A program made the position numbers and the translations under genes. Shown here one piece after another: positions 17,694 to 28,052 of a DNA stretch of 64,000 nt; within the stretch, counting starts at the first letter, position 1, and each line of letters opens with the position of its first letter. Source of the stretch: Gemmatimonadales bacterium (GTDB lineage Bacteria; Gemmatimonadota; Gemmatimonadetes; Gemmatimonadales; GWC2-71-9); the NCBI GenBank assembly GCA_041615815.1, contig JBFJCP010000002.1, positions 173,025 through 237,024 on the forward strand, written 5' to 3'. The notes under the pieces were generated by a model. It saw only the letters and a list, made by a program, of their open reading frames with translations. It did not search any database and had not been told where the DNA came from.

Positions 17694-20408
17694 CTAGCCC
17701 CGCTCTGCGGTCTCCGTCTTCTCCCGATCCCGCTTCTTCCGCAACACCTCGGTCCATACGGTTCGATCCAGCGTGGATGCGTGGAGTGGGTTGAACAGTA
17801 GCTTGAACGTGTTATGCGATTGGGCCCGGAAATGGGGCTCGAACGCCAACAGCACCACCTGCCCGGCACCCACCGGCACGCGGAGCGCCGCCGATTGGCC
17901 CGCCAAGTAGCGCTCGCCCCCCAACACCCAGCCGCTCGCCAAGAAATCGTCCTCGGCAAACGTGCCGTAGGAGACGATCTCGCGTTCGATTTTCTGTTCA
18001 CCCTCTTCAGCCCCGGGGATGATCTCGAGCACCTGGCTGTGTACGAAGAATGCGATCGCCTGGGCGGCCAAGCCAAATGCCAGAGGATCGGTGGGGTCGG
18101 TCTCGAGTCGAATGAGCGATCCTGGAACGAAAAACTCGTCGGATCGCAGGTCGCGCACTCGGTTCCGGACCGGTAGTCCGAACTGGTCGATCGCAAAGTC
18201 CACCGCGTGATCGACGGCTAGCAGCCAGCCCCCCCCTTCCACGAAGCGTTTGAGGGCCAGCGAGCCCTCGAGACCAAGGCCGCCCGTATACTCCTCTGGC
18301 ATCGTGCCTGCGAGATGTCCGTGTAGGATGTGCTGGGCATCTTGGTCCGGTAGGATGATGACGTCGAACCTACTCAAGTCCGCCGTGCGAATATCCAAGT
18401 CCCGCAAGTTCTCGAATTCGAAGTCGTATTGTTCGAGGAGCCAACGCGTCCATCCTTCCGGCATGTTGGCGCGCCAACTCCGATACAGTCCTATCGTGGG
18501 CGCGCGTACTCGAGCGAGTGCGACATCGGGCATCGCATTGAGCGCCCGAACCTCGAGACCATGCTCCTCCGCGATGGCCCGCACCAGCTCGGTATCCACG
18601 TCGCTGACAACAATGGTGCCCGCCGGCCACGTCACATTTCCGATCTCGAACGTGTCCAACGTCCACGCCACGACGGCCCCCTGGCCCAGCAGCCGATTGG
18701 TAGCGCGAGCACTCGCATTCGGTTCGTGGGAAATCAGGAAAGCCGTGGAGCCTCTTCCGCGAATGTTTCCACTCGGGACGCTGATCGCTTCTGGCGCACC
18801 CACCGGTTCGCCTGACCACTCGAACGGCTCGGTGATTCGATCCACCTGCACGCCCATCACGAGGGGAAGCTCGTATCCCGTCATGTCGTAGGGTGGATCG
18901 GGAGGCCCACCGGGATATTGCAGAATCTCCGGGTAGTCCTTCGTGTCCATGAGATCCACGAGGAACGGTCGGAAGGCCTGGGGAGGCATGAGGTACGTGC
19001 CGGCAGGATACGAATGCTCTCCGGCACGCACGTCGCGGGTGGCTCGGTGGATCTCGATCCCACCATGCCGTAACGCCCGAAGCATTTCCACAGCGCGGCC
19101 CGGATCTCGTTGCGCGCCCAGATCCACGACGTACGCGTAAGGGCCTCCTTCCGCCTTCCGCATCTTCTCGATCTGGCGGGATCCCATGCGGAAGATGTTG
19201 AACAACCATTCGTCCCGATATCGCGCCGCTGCATCGAGCACCGCTTTATCTGCAGTGAGCATGTAATCCATGGCGTTTGCGATGTGCCAGCAGCCCCCCA
19301 GCCACGGATCGGGATACATGGCCGAGGGCCGCTTGGCCGGGAGGTTGTCCGCACGGGCGCCAAACGTCTCGGGAATGTCATCCGGCTCGTAACAGTGTGG
19401 TGTGGCATACCGGTACAAAGCGGTCTCCGTGATGAATCCAACCATGTTGTGAAAGGCGGGTGATTCGGACATGTAGCCGGGCCACCATCCGTCGTAGACG
19501 ATGCCGCTCGAGGCACCTGGTTTCCCTTCCCTGCTAAAACGTCGCTTCATGACGTCCCCGATCAGGTTGAGACTCGACACGACCAAGGGATCCATGTTGG
19601 GATTGATGGGATCTTCCACTGGCGGCATCCAGATACGCCCAGGAAAGGGACCGCTCTGGTGGTGATTGTAAACGAGTTGGGGGAACCATTCATGGTAGAG
19701 CTGGCGTGCCACCGCTTGATGCTCCACCTGCGTAAACATGTACCAGTCGCGGTTGTTGTCGTGGCCGACATAATGATGGTAGAGCTCCGGAACCGGCTGC
19801 GTCTCGAAGGGTGTGCCGACGACCCGACGGTACCAATCCACCACGATGTCCAAGCCGTCGGGATTCATGTTCACCATGAGCAGGAGAATTACGTTGTCCC
19901 GAATCCGCTGTGCTTCGACGTCCTCCGAGGAAACCAGCCAGTGGGCAAGCCCGGGTGCGTGCTGACCGTGCGCTACTTCGGTGCTGTGGAGTCCAACATC
20001 AATCCACACCACGACCTTCCCTTCCTCGGCCAGGGCGCGGGCTTCCTCATCGGTGAGATCGCGCGCCAGCGCCAGACGGCGGCTGATGGACTTATAGCGC
20101 GTCCGGTTGGCAAGGTTCTCCGGACTCGAGATCAACGCCATGTACAACGGCTTGCCCCGAGAGCTCCGTCCAATCTCCTCGAGCGTGATCCGGTCCGAGG
20201 CGTGGGAGAGAGCCAGAAAGTACGTGGTGATCTGCTCGTAGTCGGCGAGCTTGAGATCGGTCCCCGGAACGAATCCGATGACCTGTTCGGGCGTTGGGAG
20301 CGGACTCGTTTCGGCCGTCTGGGCAACCGCCGGGGGCACCGTAATAAGGAAAGCAAGCGCCGCGAGGACGCCCCGAGTGGCTGCTCCAGGCTCGGACAAC
20401 CGTGTCAT
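17694..20408 (-). CDS. Secreted M14-family zinc carboxypeptidase with C-terminal class I glutamine amidotransferase-like domain
   Basis: 'GLHSTE' (HxxE), 'NPDG', 'HDNNRD' and 'YNHHQ'. Confidence 0.9.
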   Translation of the reverse strand: MTRLSEPGAATRGVLAALAFLITVPPAVAQTAETSPLPTPEQVIGFVPGTDLKLADYEQITTYFLALSHASDRITLEEIGRSSRGKPLYMALISSPENLANRTRYKSISRRLALARDLTDEEARALAEEGKVVVWIDVGLHSTEVAHGQHAPGLAHWLVSSEDVEAQRIRDNVILLLMVNMNPDGLDIVVDWYRRVVGTPFETQPVPELYHHYVGHDNNRDWYMFTQVEHQAVARQLYHEWFPQLVYNHHQSGPFPGRIWMPPVEDPINPNMDPLVVSSLNLIGDVMKRRFSREGKPGASSGIVYDGWWPGYMSESPAFHNMVGFITETALYRYATPHCYEPDDIPETFGARADNLPAKRPSAMYPDPWLGGCWHIANAMDYMLTADKAVLDAAARYRDEWLFNIFRMGSRQIEKMRKAEGGPYAYVVDLGAQRDPGRAVEMLRALRHGGIEIHRATRDVRAGEHSYPAGTYLMPPQAFRPFLVDLMDTKDYPEILQYPGGPPDPPYDMTGYELPLVMGVQVDRITEPFEWSGEPVGAPEAISVPSGNIRGRGSTAFLISHEPNASARATNRLLGQGAVVAWTLDTFEIGNVTWPAGTIVVSDVDTELVRAIAEEHGLEVRALNAMPDVALARVRAPTIGLYRSWRANMPEGWTRWLLEQYDFEFENLRDLDIRTADLSRFDVIILPDQDAQHILHGHLAGTMPEEYTGGLGLEGSLALKRFVEGGGWLLAVDHAVDFAIDQFGLPVRNRVRDLRSDEFFVPGSLIRLETDPTDPLAFGLAAQAIAFFVHSQVLEIIPGAEEGEQKIEREIVSYGTFAEDDFLASGWVLGGERYLAGQSAALRVPVGAGQVVLLAFEPHFRAQSHNTFKLLFNPLHASTLDRTVWTEVLRKKRDREKTETAERG

Positions 20409-20625
20409 GACATGCTCCGGAGGGGGGTTACGCCAAGGTTGGGCACCGGAGCCTCCGGGGGCAAGAGCGCCGAAACCAGGGGCCAGTTCCCTCGGATGCT
20501 CCCATCCTACCCACGTGCCCTCTTCCCCATATCTGGCCCAGCCCTTGCACTACTGAGGCACCACACGAGCAGGTGCCAACAACCAGGCCGCGTCTCTGCG
20601 CGCCCTCAGAGTACGGAGCCAGTTT

Positions 20626-20901
20626 ATGAGCGTCCTACGGGGAGCTTGGGAGCGGTGGTGTGCCCGTGACCGGGGACTTCATCGCACCTTCAAGAAAGAA
20701 ATCCGCCAAGCCCCGGTCACCACGACCATCGAACTCACCCTCTGGCCAGCCCTCATGGGCCTGCTCGCCTTGGCCTTCCAGAGCTGGGTGCTCTTCCTGT
20801 TGGGAATGAGCATCATTCTGGCGGGTCTGACTGTGGTTCCGTTCCTGCAGGATATCCGAACCGAGATGGTGGTTCGGAATGGGAGCAATCGAGCCGCGTA
20901 A
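20626..20901 (+). CDS. Small hypothetical membrane protein
   Basis: 91-aa ORF with two hydrophobic segments and a GGAG RBS. Confidence 0.55.
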   Translation: MSVLRGAWERWCARDRGLHRTFKKEIRQAPVTTTIELTLWPALMGLLALAFQSWVLFLLGMSIILAGLTVVPFLQDIRTEMVVRNGSNRAA

Positions 20902-20972
20902 ACGGCGTCCAGTTGGAAGCACGGACACGCCCGCACGAGCCCTCGGCGGACGGGCGTGCCTGCCATTGCACC

Positions 20973-22292
20973 TCAGGACGTGGCGTGCCTCCGCATATAG
21001 TCCAGCGTCATGTTGGTCAGCGCACGCACCCCGAGCTTGAGTCCCGATTCGTCGATGAAGAAGTCTGGGGTATGGTGCGGTGCGGCTTCGTCTGCCGTTT
21101 TGTCGAGCGGTTTTCCCCCTAGAAAGAAGAAGAACCCCGGTACCTGCTCCGCGAAGAAGGAGAAGTCCTCCGCACCGGTGATGGCGTTCATGAGCTGCAC
21201 GTTGTCGCTGCCGGCAACCTCATACAGTGCCGGCAACATCTCTTCCACCAGCGCCGGGTCATTGTAGGTCACAGGATAGGAAGTGGTCAGCGGAATTTGC
21301 ACTTCGGCGGTGGCGCCCATGCTCTGGGCGATATGCGTGGCCGTTCGGCGAATGCGCTCGTGGATCTGGTCGCGCATCTCGCGGTCGAGTGTCCGAATCG
21401 TACCCACCATCTCGACCTGTTCGGGGATGATGTTCGAGCGGACGCCACCGTGGATGCTGCCAATGGAAACGACGGCGGCGTTCTTGGTGAGCTCGACCTG
21501 CCGACTCACGATGGTCTGCAGACCATTGATGATTTGCGCCGACACGACGATCGGATCAACACCGGCCCACGGCTGGGAGCCGTGTGTTTGCACCCCTTTG
21601 ACGGTGATGCCGAAATCGTCCACGGCGGCGAGGAGACCGGCCGGGCGGTAGCCGATGATTCCTACGTCCTGTTTGGCCCAAATATGTAGGCCGAAAATGA
21701 CGTCCACGTCCGGGTTCTCGAGAACTCCTTCCCGGACCATCAGCTCCGCGCCCCCCTCTTCTCCCGCCGGTGCACCTTCCTCGGCCGGCTGAAAGATGAA
21801 CTTCACGGTGCCCGGCAGGTCATCCTTCATCGACGCCAGAATTTCGGCCACACCCATCAGGATCGCGACATGGGTGTCGTGCCCGCACGCGTGCATCACA
21901 CCCACGTTTTGGCCGTTGAAGACGGACGTCACTTTGGAAGCGAACGGCAACGCAACCCGTTCCGTCACGGGAAGCCCATCCATGTCCGCACGGAGCGCGA
22001 CGACGGGACCGGACCGCCCGCCCCTGAGCACTCCGACCACACCGGTATGGGCCACCTTCTGCGTCACTTCGATACCGAGGGATTCGAGATGGGCAGCCAC
22101 TCGCTGCGCGGTGCGAAACTCTCTGTTGGAGAGTTCGGGGTGCTCGTGAAAGTCCCTTCGCCACTCAATGACCTTGGATTCAATGGCGTCAGCCATGCCA
22201 TCCACTTGGGATGACGGTGCCTGCGCTCGAATTGGTAAAGACCACACCATCGGGACGAGAAGGAACGAGAGTATCGGGATACGTGTCAGCAT
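20973..22292 (-). CDS. M20D-family amidohydrolase (N-acyl-amino-acid hydrolase)
   Basis: 'HEHPELS', 'LRADMDGLP', 'MHACGHDTH', 'FQPAEEG', 'AEDFS' and 'HHTPDF'. Confidence 0.95.
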   Translation of the reverse strand: MLTRIPILSFLLVPMVWSLPIRAQAPSSQVDGMADAIESKVIEWRRDFHEHPELSNREFRTAQRVAAHLESLGIEVTQKVAHTGVVGVLRGGRSGPVVALRADMDGLPVTERVALPFASKVTSVFNGQNVGVMHACGHDTHVAILMGVAEILASMKDDLPGTVKFIFQPAEEGAPAGEEGGAELMVREGVLENPDVDVIFGLHIWAKQDVGIIGYRPAGLLAAVDDFGITVKGVQTHGSQPWAGVDPIVVSAQIINGLQTIVSRQVELTKNAAVVSIGSIHGGVRSNIIPEQVEMVGTIRTLDREMRDQIHERIRRTATHIAQSMGATAEVQIPLTTSYPVTYNDPALVEEMLPALYEVAGSDNVQLMNAITGAEDFSFFAEQVPGFFFFLGGKPLDKTADEAAPHHTPDFFIDESGLKLGVRALTNMTLDYMRRHATS

Positions 22293-22415
22293 GAGTGTGG
22301 GTCAGCTCCGGTCGAGAGTTCGATTGATCAAGGCCGCACGCGGCTGATTATCGACGAGGCCGCAGTGCGGTCACGCACTCGGGAACAATGTCAACACCGC
22401 GTACAACGACTTCGC

Positions 22416-23723
22416 TCATAACACACCAGCCGCCAGGGTTGCCAAACCGAGAAAGCTCAGAAACCCCACGACATCCGTGACCGTCGTCAGAACGATCGAT
22501 GACGCCGCAGCAGGATCCTGACCCAGGACACTCAAGATCATCGGAATCGACGCGCCCGCCAACCCCGCAATGACCATCGAGGAAACCATCGCCGTCATGA
22601 TGACACCCGCGAGCCCAGGTGAGCGACTCCATACGTAGACGGCGAGTCCGGTGACCAGCGCAACCGCTACGCCGTTCACAGCTCCAACCATGAGCTCTTT
22701 CCCGGAAATCCGGAACCAATGGCGTACGCGGATCTCGCGAAGCGCGAGCCCGCGCATCGTGACAGCAAGCGCTTGCGCACCGGTGTTGCCCGATTGACCG
22801 GCCACGACCGGCAGCAATACCGCCAGAGCGGTGAATTGCGCGATGGTGCTCTCGAACAGTCCCACGACGAACGCCGCCAAGAACGCCGTAAGTAGATTGA
22901 TCTGGAGCCACGGCAAGCGCTTCCGAACCGCGAACCACGCCGGGGAAAGCGCCCGTTCGTCTTTACTGGCTCCCACCATCGTCTGCACGTCTGCGGATGC
23001 TTCTGCCTCGGTCGCGGCGAGGAGCCCCTGTTGCCGGATGATACCCACGACTCGGCCGTGAAAATCCACCACTGGCACGCTCGGAAGCTGGTGCTGGGTG
23101 AGAACCTCCACCACCTCTGTTTGCGAGGCCGTGGCCTGAACCGCGGGCGGGTGCTTGCGCATGAGACTCTCGAGCGGCGCCCGGGTCTCGGCAATGGCCA
23201 GCTCCTGAAGCGGCACGGCGCCAATGAGCACACCGTCGTCGTCGACCACGACAAGTTGCGGAATTTGTTTATGACGGAGCCTTCGTAGCCTCGCCAGCGC
23301 ATCGAGCACCAGCGCATTGGCTCGGAAGGTCGAGACCCGCGGATCCATCAACCCACCAGCTGAATCGGATGGATACGTCATGAGCGCGCGAAGCTCGGCT
23401 GCCAGTTCATCCGTCAAGAGCCGCAATCGCGCGTCGCGCAGGTCGTCGTCCATGCGCGCGAGGACGGCCGCGACCCAACCGGGATCCACGGCCGGAACGA
23501 TCTGTCGGAACAGGACCTCCGGCAGTCGCTCGAGCACCTCGACGGCCACGTCCGGGCGGAGTCGCTCGGTGAGCGCGATGGCCTGCGTGACCGGTTGGCT
23601 CTCCAACAGTTCCACGATTTCGGCCGGTGGAGCGGACTCAAGCTGGCGGGCAGCTTCTGCCGGATACAACAAGGCAAACCGGTTGGCCAACGCCTGGGCT
23701 GTTCGTTCGTGTTCACTGGCCAT
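22416..23723 (-). CDS. mgtE: Magnesium transporter MgtE
   Basis: MgtE N domain, CBS pair, TM domain 'RKRLPWL', 'GQSGNTGAQ' and 'DPAAASSIVLTTVTDVVG' (pore Asp kept). Confidence 0.93.
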   Translation of the reverse strand: MASEHERTAQALANRFALLYPAEAARQLESAPPAEIVELLESQPVTQAIALTERLRPDVAVEVLERLPEVLFRQIVPAVDPGWVAAVLARMDDDLRDARLRLLTDELAAELRALMTYPSDSAGGLMDPRVSTFRANALVLDALARLRRLRHKQIPQLVVVDDDGVLIGAVPLQELAIAETRAPLESLMRKHPPAVQATASQTEVVEVLTQHQLPSVPVVDFHGRVVGIIRQQGLLAATEAEASADVQTMVGASKDERALSPAWFAVRKRLPWLQINLLTAFLAAFVVGLFESTIAQFTALAVLLPVVAGQSGNTGAQALAVTMRGLALREIRVRHWFRISGKELMVGAVNGVAVALVTGLAVYVWSRSPGLAGVIMTAMVSSMVIAGLAGASIPMILSVLGQDPAAASSIVLTTVTDVVGFLSFLGLATLAAGVL

Positions 23724-24540
23724 CGGTGGCCTCCCGATGTCCTATCGTGCCCTCGAACCCGAACAACACTTTGGAAAAGCCGTTCCAGTAGAGCTCTGCT
23801 AGGTTGATCAGAGGACTGAACCCACTGACGCCGGTCCGTACCTGTTCCATGAGGCGGCGCAGTGCCCGGTGACGGATCACGCCGAGGAAACTTCCCGATC
23901 CGTCTACCACTGGGAGGGCGTCGAATTCCAACCAGGCCGGGTCAGCGGCGACCGTGTGCAGATCGGTGTGCCCGCGCACAGCTACGGGTCCACGACGCAT
24001 GATCGCGTTGAGCGTCGCCGGGCCCGATGAGGACATCAGCTCGCCTAGATCCAGTACACCCACCAATCGATCACCGCGGTCCAGAACGTACAGGTAGGAA
24101 AACACCCGCTCAGGGGCTTGCCGCAGGAGCTTCAGCGCGTCCGCCACCGAGAGGTCTTCGGGCAGCGTGAGCACCGACGGATCGGCCAGGGCACCGGCCG
24201 TGCCCTCGGGGAATCGCAGCAGTCGGGTGACGGCATCCGCCAGATCTCTTGGCAACGTCGAGAGCAACGGCTGCGGATCCTTCATCTGGCGGAGCACCCG
24301 CGCGGCGACCGTGGCAGGGAGCGCGGACACGATGCGAGCGGCCTGTGCCTGATCCATCGCTGCCAGACAGCCACCGGCTCGCGTCGAGCTCATTTGCGAC
24401 AAGACACCCGTGACGTCCGCTGGAGCCAGGATCGCGAGAAACGAAGCGGTATCCGTTGGGGGGAGCCGCTCCATCAGACGCGCCGCATCATCGGGGTGCT
24501 GCGTCGTGAAGGCAACGCCCATTCTCTGTGCGAGTTCCAC
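23713..24540 (-). CDS. MgtE-like cytoplasmic-only protein (N domain + CBS pair, no TM domain)
   Basis: 'FPEGTAGALADP', 'YLYVLD..DRLVGVL' and 'LPVVD...FLGVI'; ends without the membrane domain. GTG start at 24540 with GGAGG. Confidence 0.8.
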   Translation of the reverse strand: MELAQRMGVAFTTQHPDDAARLMERLPPTDTASFLAILAPADVTGVLSQMSSTRAGGCLAAMDQAQAARIVSALPATVAARVLRQMKDPQPLLSTLPRDLADAVTRLLRFPEGTAGALADPSVLTLPEDLSVADALKLLRQAPERVFSYLYVLDRGDRLVGVLDLGELMSSSGPATLNAIMRRGPVAVRGHTDLHTVAADPAWLEFDALPVVDGSGSFLGVIRHRALRRLMEQVRTGVSGFSPLINLAELYWNGFSKVLFGFEGTIGHREATDGQ

Positions 24541-24541
24541 G

Positions 24542-25357
24542 TTAGCTCGCCTCCGTGAGAAGGATGGACGTTTCTTCGCTGAACCGCATTGCGGGAATGT
24601 GGACGCGACCTTCATCGGTATGTACGACAACTGCGGTTGGCGTCGTCTCCACCACCCGCCCCTGTATGGCTCCGATCCGGACCATCTGTCCGGGCCGGTA
24701 GGCTTGGGATGCGTAGTGGGACGCGATGATATTGCTTACCGCGGTGCGTGCCCCCAGACCAAAAGCAATACCCGCACCGCCCAAGAACGTGGCAAAGATC
24801 ACGGCCACGATCACGACGAACAGTTGGCCGCGAATGCCGATCTGCTCCAACCCCACCACGATGGCCACCAGGAGAATCGTAGTCTGGACCGCACGGCCAA
24901 GCGTGGCCGCGCGGGCAATACCGGCGGTGCTCGCGGCGGTGATCACGCCACCACCTGCCAGTTTCCCCACCACGAGACCGCCGACCACGATGAGCACACC
25001 CGCCAGGACATTCGGGAGATAGTGCGTGACTTGTCGCAGCGAGCTGCTGAGCACCGGGAGCCCAAGCGTTTCGATGGCGGCCGCCAGGAAGAGCAAAAGG
25101 ACCAACCAGAAAACGAAACCGCCCACCAAGCGAGCAATCGTGGGCCGGACACCGCTGGTCTCGAGCGCTCTCTCCACCGCGGTGTCCCTCCCGACCCGCC
25201 GTAAGACCCGCTCGGTACCACGGCGACTTGCGACGCGCAGGAGGAGCGCCACGAGCCACCCCAGGAGTAGGAGCCCAGCCGCACTGGCCAGCGTAGGGAG
25301 AAACTGCCCGAGTTCCGACGCAAACGTGCGGAACTGGGCGAGGAACAGTGGTAGCAT
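24542..25357 (-). CDS. Small-conductance mechanosensitive channel-like protein (TM_helix repeats + MscS beta domain)
   Basis: 'YLPNVLAGVLI', 'IAFGLGARTAVSNIIA' and 'G.MVRIG...GRV....T......EG.VHIP'. Start at ATG 25357 with GGAGG. Confidence 0.85.
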   Translation of the reverse strand: MLPLFLAQFRTFASELGQFLPTLASAAGLLLLGWLVALLLRVASRRGTERVLRRVGRDTAVERALETSGVRPTIARLVGGFVFWLVLLLFLAAAIETLGLPVLSSSLRQVTHYLPNVLAGVLIVVGGLVVGKLAGGGVITAASTAGIARAATLGRAVQTTILLVAIVVGLEQIGIRGQLFVVIVAVIFATFLGGAGIAFGLGARTAVSNIIASHYASQAYRPGQMVRIGAIQGRVVETTPTAVVVHTDEGRVHIPAMRFSEETSILLTEAS

Positions 25358-25640
25358 TGGAACCTCCATAAGCGTATCCCGCAAAGCGGATGGCGGCGTT
25401 ATGGGCCACGGACCACGAGGGCACTGCCGCCAGCGTCACCGACCGAACCGCTCGGCATTCAGATGGAAAGTACGGCTCCCCCAGGGTTTCCGGGATTATC
25501 CACCGCTCGGGCCGATGCGCCAGCGAGCACGCCGCTGGCGGATTCGGGCCTGCGGCACATAGTTTGATGATGTGCTCCTGGAAGCCCTCCCCCAAGCGCC
25601 CAGCGCAGCTTCCACGAGAGCAACGGCTTCCATAAACGCA

Positions 25641-27053
25641 ATGTCCCGCCCCGAGCGAGGCCCCGTGACCGACCTCGATCGCCGAGATTTTCTGAAGCAA
25701 TCCGCCGACATGGCGGGCCGCGCCGTCGGGGGCCTCGTCGCTCTTGGCGTCTTCGCCGCCAACCCGCGTCTGGGACCGATGACCCGGCGACCCACCGCCC
25801 CGAAAGGCGATGGTGGCTATGGCAAGTTGGTGCGGGCGGGGCCCGAGCTCGAACTACCCGAAGGGTTCACTTACCGCGTGCTGGGTGCCGAGGGAAGCAC
25901 GATGTCGGACGGCCACGTCACGCCAGGCCGGCACGACGGCATGGGCGCCTTCCCGCTCCCCAACGGGAACATCCGTCTGATCCGCAATCACGAAGTGGAC
26001 AACGTGCCCGCGCGCGATGCCGCCATGGGAAGCCCGGACACGGCCTACGATTTCGCTGCCGGAGGTGGTACGACCTCGTTGGAGGTAGATCCTACCACTC
26101 GCGAACTGGTGCGAGACTTCATCAGCATGAACGGCACATGGCGGAACTGTGCCGGCGGGCCCACGCCGTGGGGGTCCTGGCTTTCGTGTGAAGAAGCGTT
26201 TTTTGGCCCGGAGTCGGGATTCCTCGAATTCCACGGGTACGTGTTCGAGGTCCCTGTCACACGCGAGGAGTGTCAGTACACCGAACCGCTCACCGCCATG
26301 GGTCGGTTCGTCCACGAGGCCGTGGCCGTCGATCCCGCCACGGGCATCGTGTACGAAACGGAGGACCACTATCGCGCCGGGTTTTATCGCTTCCTGCCGG
26401 TGGAGCCCGGGAGAGACGGGAAGCCGGGGAATCTCCGTGCCGGCGGGCGACTGCAGATGTTGGCGGTCCGCAATCGGCCCAAATACGACACTACCAAGGG
26501 GCGGCGCGTGGGAGAGACGCACCCCGTCACCTGGGTCGACATTCAGGAACCGGATCCCAAAGGGGGACCCCGGGCATTCGGGGCCGTGTTCGAACAGGGG
26601 TTTGCCGCCGGTGGAGCGAGATTCAGCCGGCTCGAGGGGTGCTTCTGTGCCAATGGCAACACGTATTTCGTCGCCACGGACGGCGGGAACAAGCAGCTGG
26701 GTCAGGTGTGGCAGTACCGGCCACACGGACCAGACCACGGCGGTCTGACGCTCGTGTTCGAGTCCCCCCACAAGAACATCCTCAAGCGACCAGACAACAT
26801 CTGCGTGAGTCCACGAGGGGCGATCATCATCTGTGAAGATGCGAACGAGCGACGCCAGTACGTGCGTGGGCTCACGAAAGACGGCAAGGTGTTCGATATC
26901 GCTGCCAACATGGCCAATGACACCGAGGTCTCCGGGCCCACGTTCAGCCCCGACGGCAAGACACTCTTCTTCAACTCGTACGGCAATGAAAAACGACGTC
27001 ACGCCGGCATGACGTTCGCCGTGTGGGGCCCGTGGGAGCGGGGCGCCGTTTGA
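25641..27053 (+). CDS. phoX: Tat-secreted PhoX-family (DUF839) alkaline phosphatase
   Basis: 'RRDFLK' Tat motif, 'HDGMGAF', 'RNHE', 'NCAGGPTPWGSWLSCEE', 'MGRFVHEA', 'RLEG' and 'PDNI'. Start 25641 or 25665. Confidence 0.9.
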   Translation: MSRPERGPVTDLDRRDFLKQSADMAGRAVGGLVALGVFAANPRLGPMTRRPTAPKGDGGYGKLVRAGPELELPEGFTYRVLGAEGSTMSDGHVTPGRHDGMGAFPLPNGNIRLIRNHEVDNVPARDAAMGSPDTAYDFAAGGGTTSLEVDPTTRELVRDFISMNGTWRNCAGGPTPWGSWLSCEEAFFGPESGFLEFHGYVFEVPVTREECQYTEPLTAMGRFVHEAVAVDPATGIVYETEDHYRAGFYRFLPVEPGRDGKPGNLRAGGRLQMLAVRNRPKYDTTKGRRVGETHPVTWVDIQEPDPKGGPRAFGAVFEQGFAAGGARFSRLEGCFCANGNTYFVATDGGNKQLGQVWQYRPHGPDHGGLTLVFESPHKNILKRPDNICVSPRGAIIICEDANERRQYVRGLTKDGKVFDIAANMANDTEVSGPTFSPDGKTLFFNSYGNEKRRHAGMTFAVWGPWERGAV

Positions 27054-27131
27054 GCATTCGCCCCTAGCGCGCCGTTCCGGGCATCTGCTGCCCGCGCGGT
27101 GCGTTGGCCCTGTATGGGGGCAGCCGCGGGC

Positions 27132-27884
27132 CTAGAAGCCCCAGGCCACCAGATTGTCGATGAAAGGCTGCGGGACGAGCTCCACCCCGTTGGCATCGGT
27201 CAAGAAGAATATCTTGGCGGGCCGCAAACGCACGATCCCCATCACCGGGATCGTATCATCCATCCATCCCAGGATCTCGACGTGTTCCGGGTCGAACGCC
27301 GTCACGGCAGCCCCGACCACGAAGGGAAGCTCGCCCACCCCGTCCGTGAGCTCGTGATCCGCAAGACGTGTGAGCCTACCGTCCACCACACCCTCTAGCC
27401 CGATACCCAACATCTCGGCCAACTCGTCGGTGGGATCCGTTCCGCGATGATCGCTGAGCAGCACGAGCGTGGTGTGCCGTTCCACGAACCGCGTGTAGGC
27501 CTCGAGCTCTCCGGCCCGGTGGGTCCCCCATTCCCCTGCTCGGATGACGTGCGTGTAGGCGTTCAAGAGGTCGGTCGTCACGACCGCGCCACGTGGGAGC
27601 TCCTCTACCTCGTAACCCCGATCTCTGAGGTGGTCTGCGAGCGCTTGTCCCTGGTGGAACTCGTCTGGGGAAAAGGAGCTGTCCTGGGGGAACCACCACA
27701 CGCCGCCGTCGTGCGAGGCATCGATGAGAATACGCCCATTGGTCGCCGTGGCAGGAGGATCCGGATCTTGCTGCTCCTGCGATCGGTCAGGATCGCCGGT
27801 TTGCGTGAGGGAATCGGTGATCTGACCGCCGCAGGCGGCCATAGCCAACAAGGCGACGAGCGGAACATGCCAGCCACGGTTCAT
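27132..27884 (-). CDS. Hypothetical lipoprotein (GATase-like/DUF4350-like fold)
   Basis: Lipobox 'LLAMAAC'; 'RILIDASHDGG' and 'LVLLSDH'. Start set at ATG 27884. Confidence 0.65.
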   Translation of the reverse strand: MNRGWHVPLVALLAMAACGGQITDSLTQTGDPDRSQEQQDPDPPATATNGRILIDASHDGGVWWFPQDSSFSPDEFHQGQALADHLRDRGYEVEELPRGAVVTTDLLNAYTHVIRAGEWGTHRAGELEAYTRFVERHTTLVLLSDHRGTDPTDELAEMLGIGLEGVVDGRLTRLADHELTDGVGELPFVVGAAVTAFDPEHVEILGWMDDTIPVMGIVRLRPAKIFFLTDANGVELVPQPFIDNLVAWGF

Positions 27885-28052
27885 CTTGCCACCACCTATC
27901 CCGCGGGTTCCGTGGAGCATACCCGGATGGCGCCCCTCCCGTTCCCATCGGATGGCCGCTCCCCAACCGTCACGAGTAGTTAAGGCTCCTTTCACGGTCA
28001 CGCGACCAGAGTGTAAAGAGTGGTGATCCGATCTCCATTCTCGTGAGGTAGT

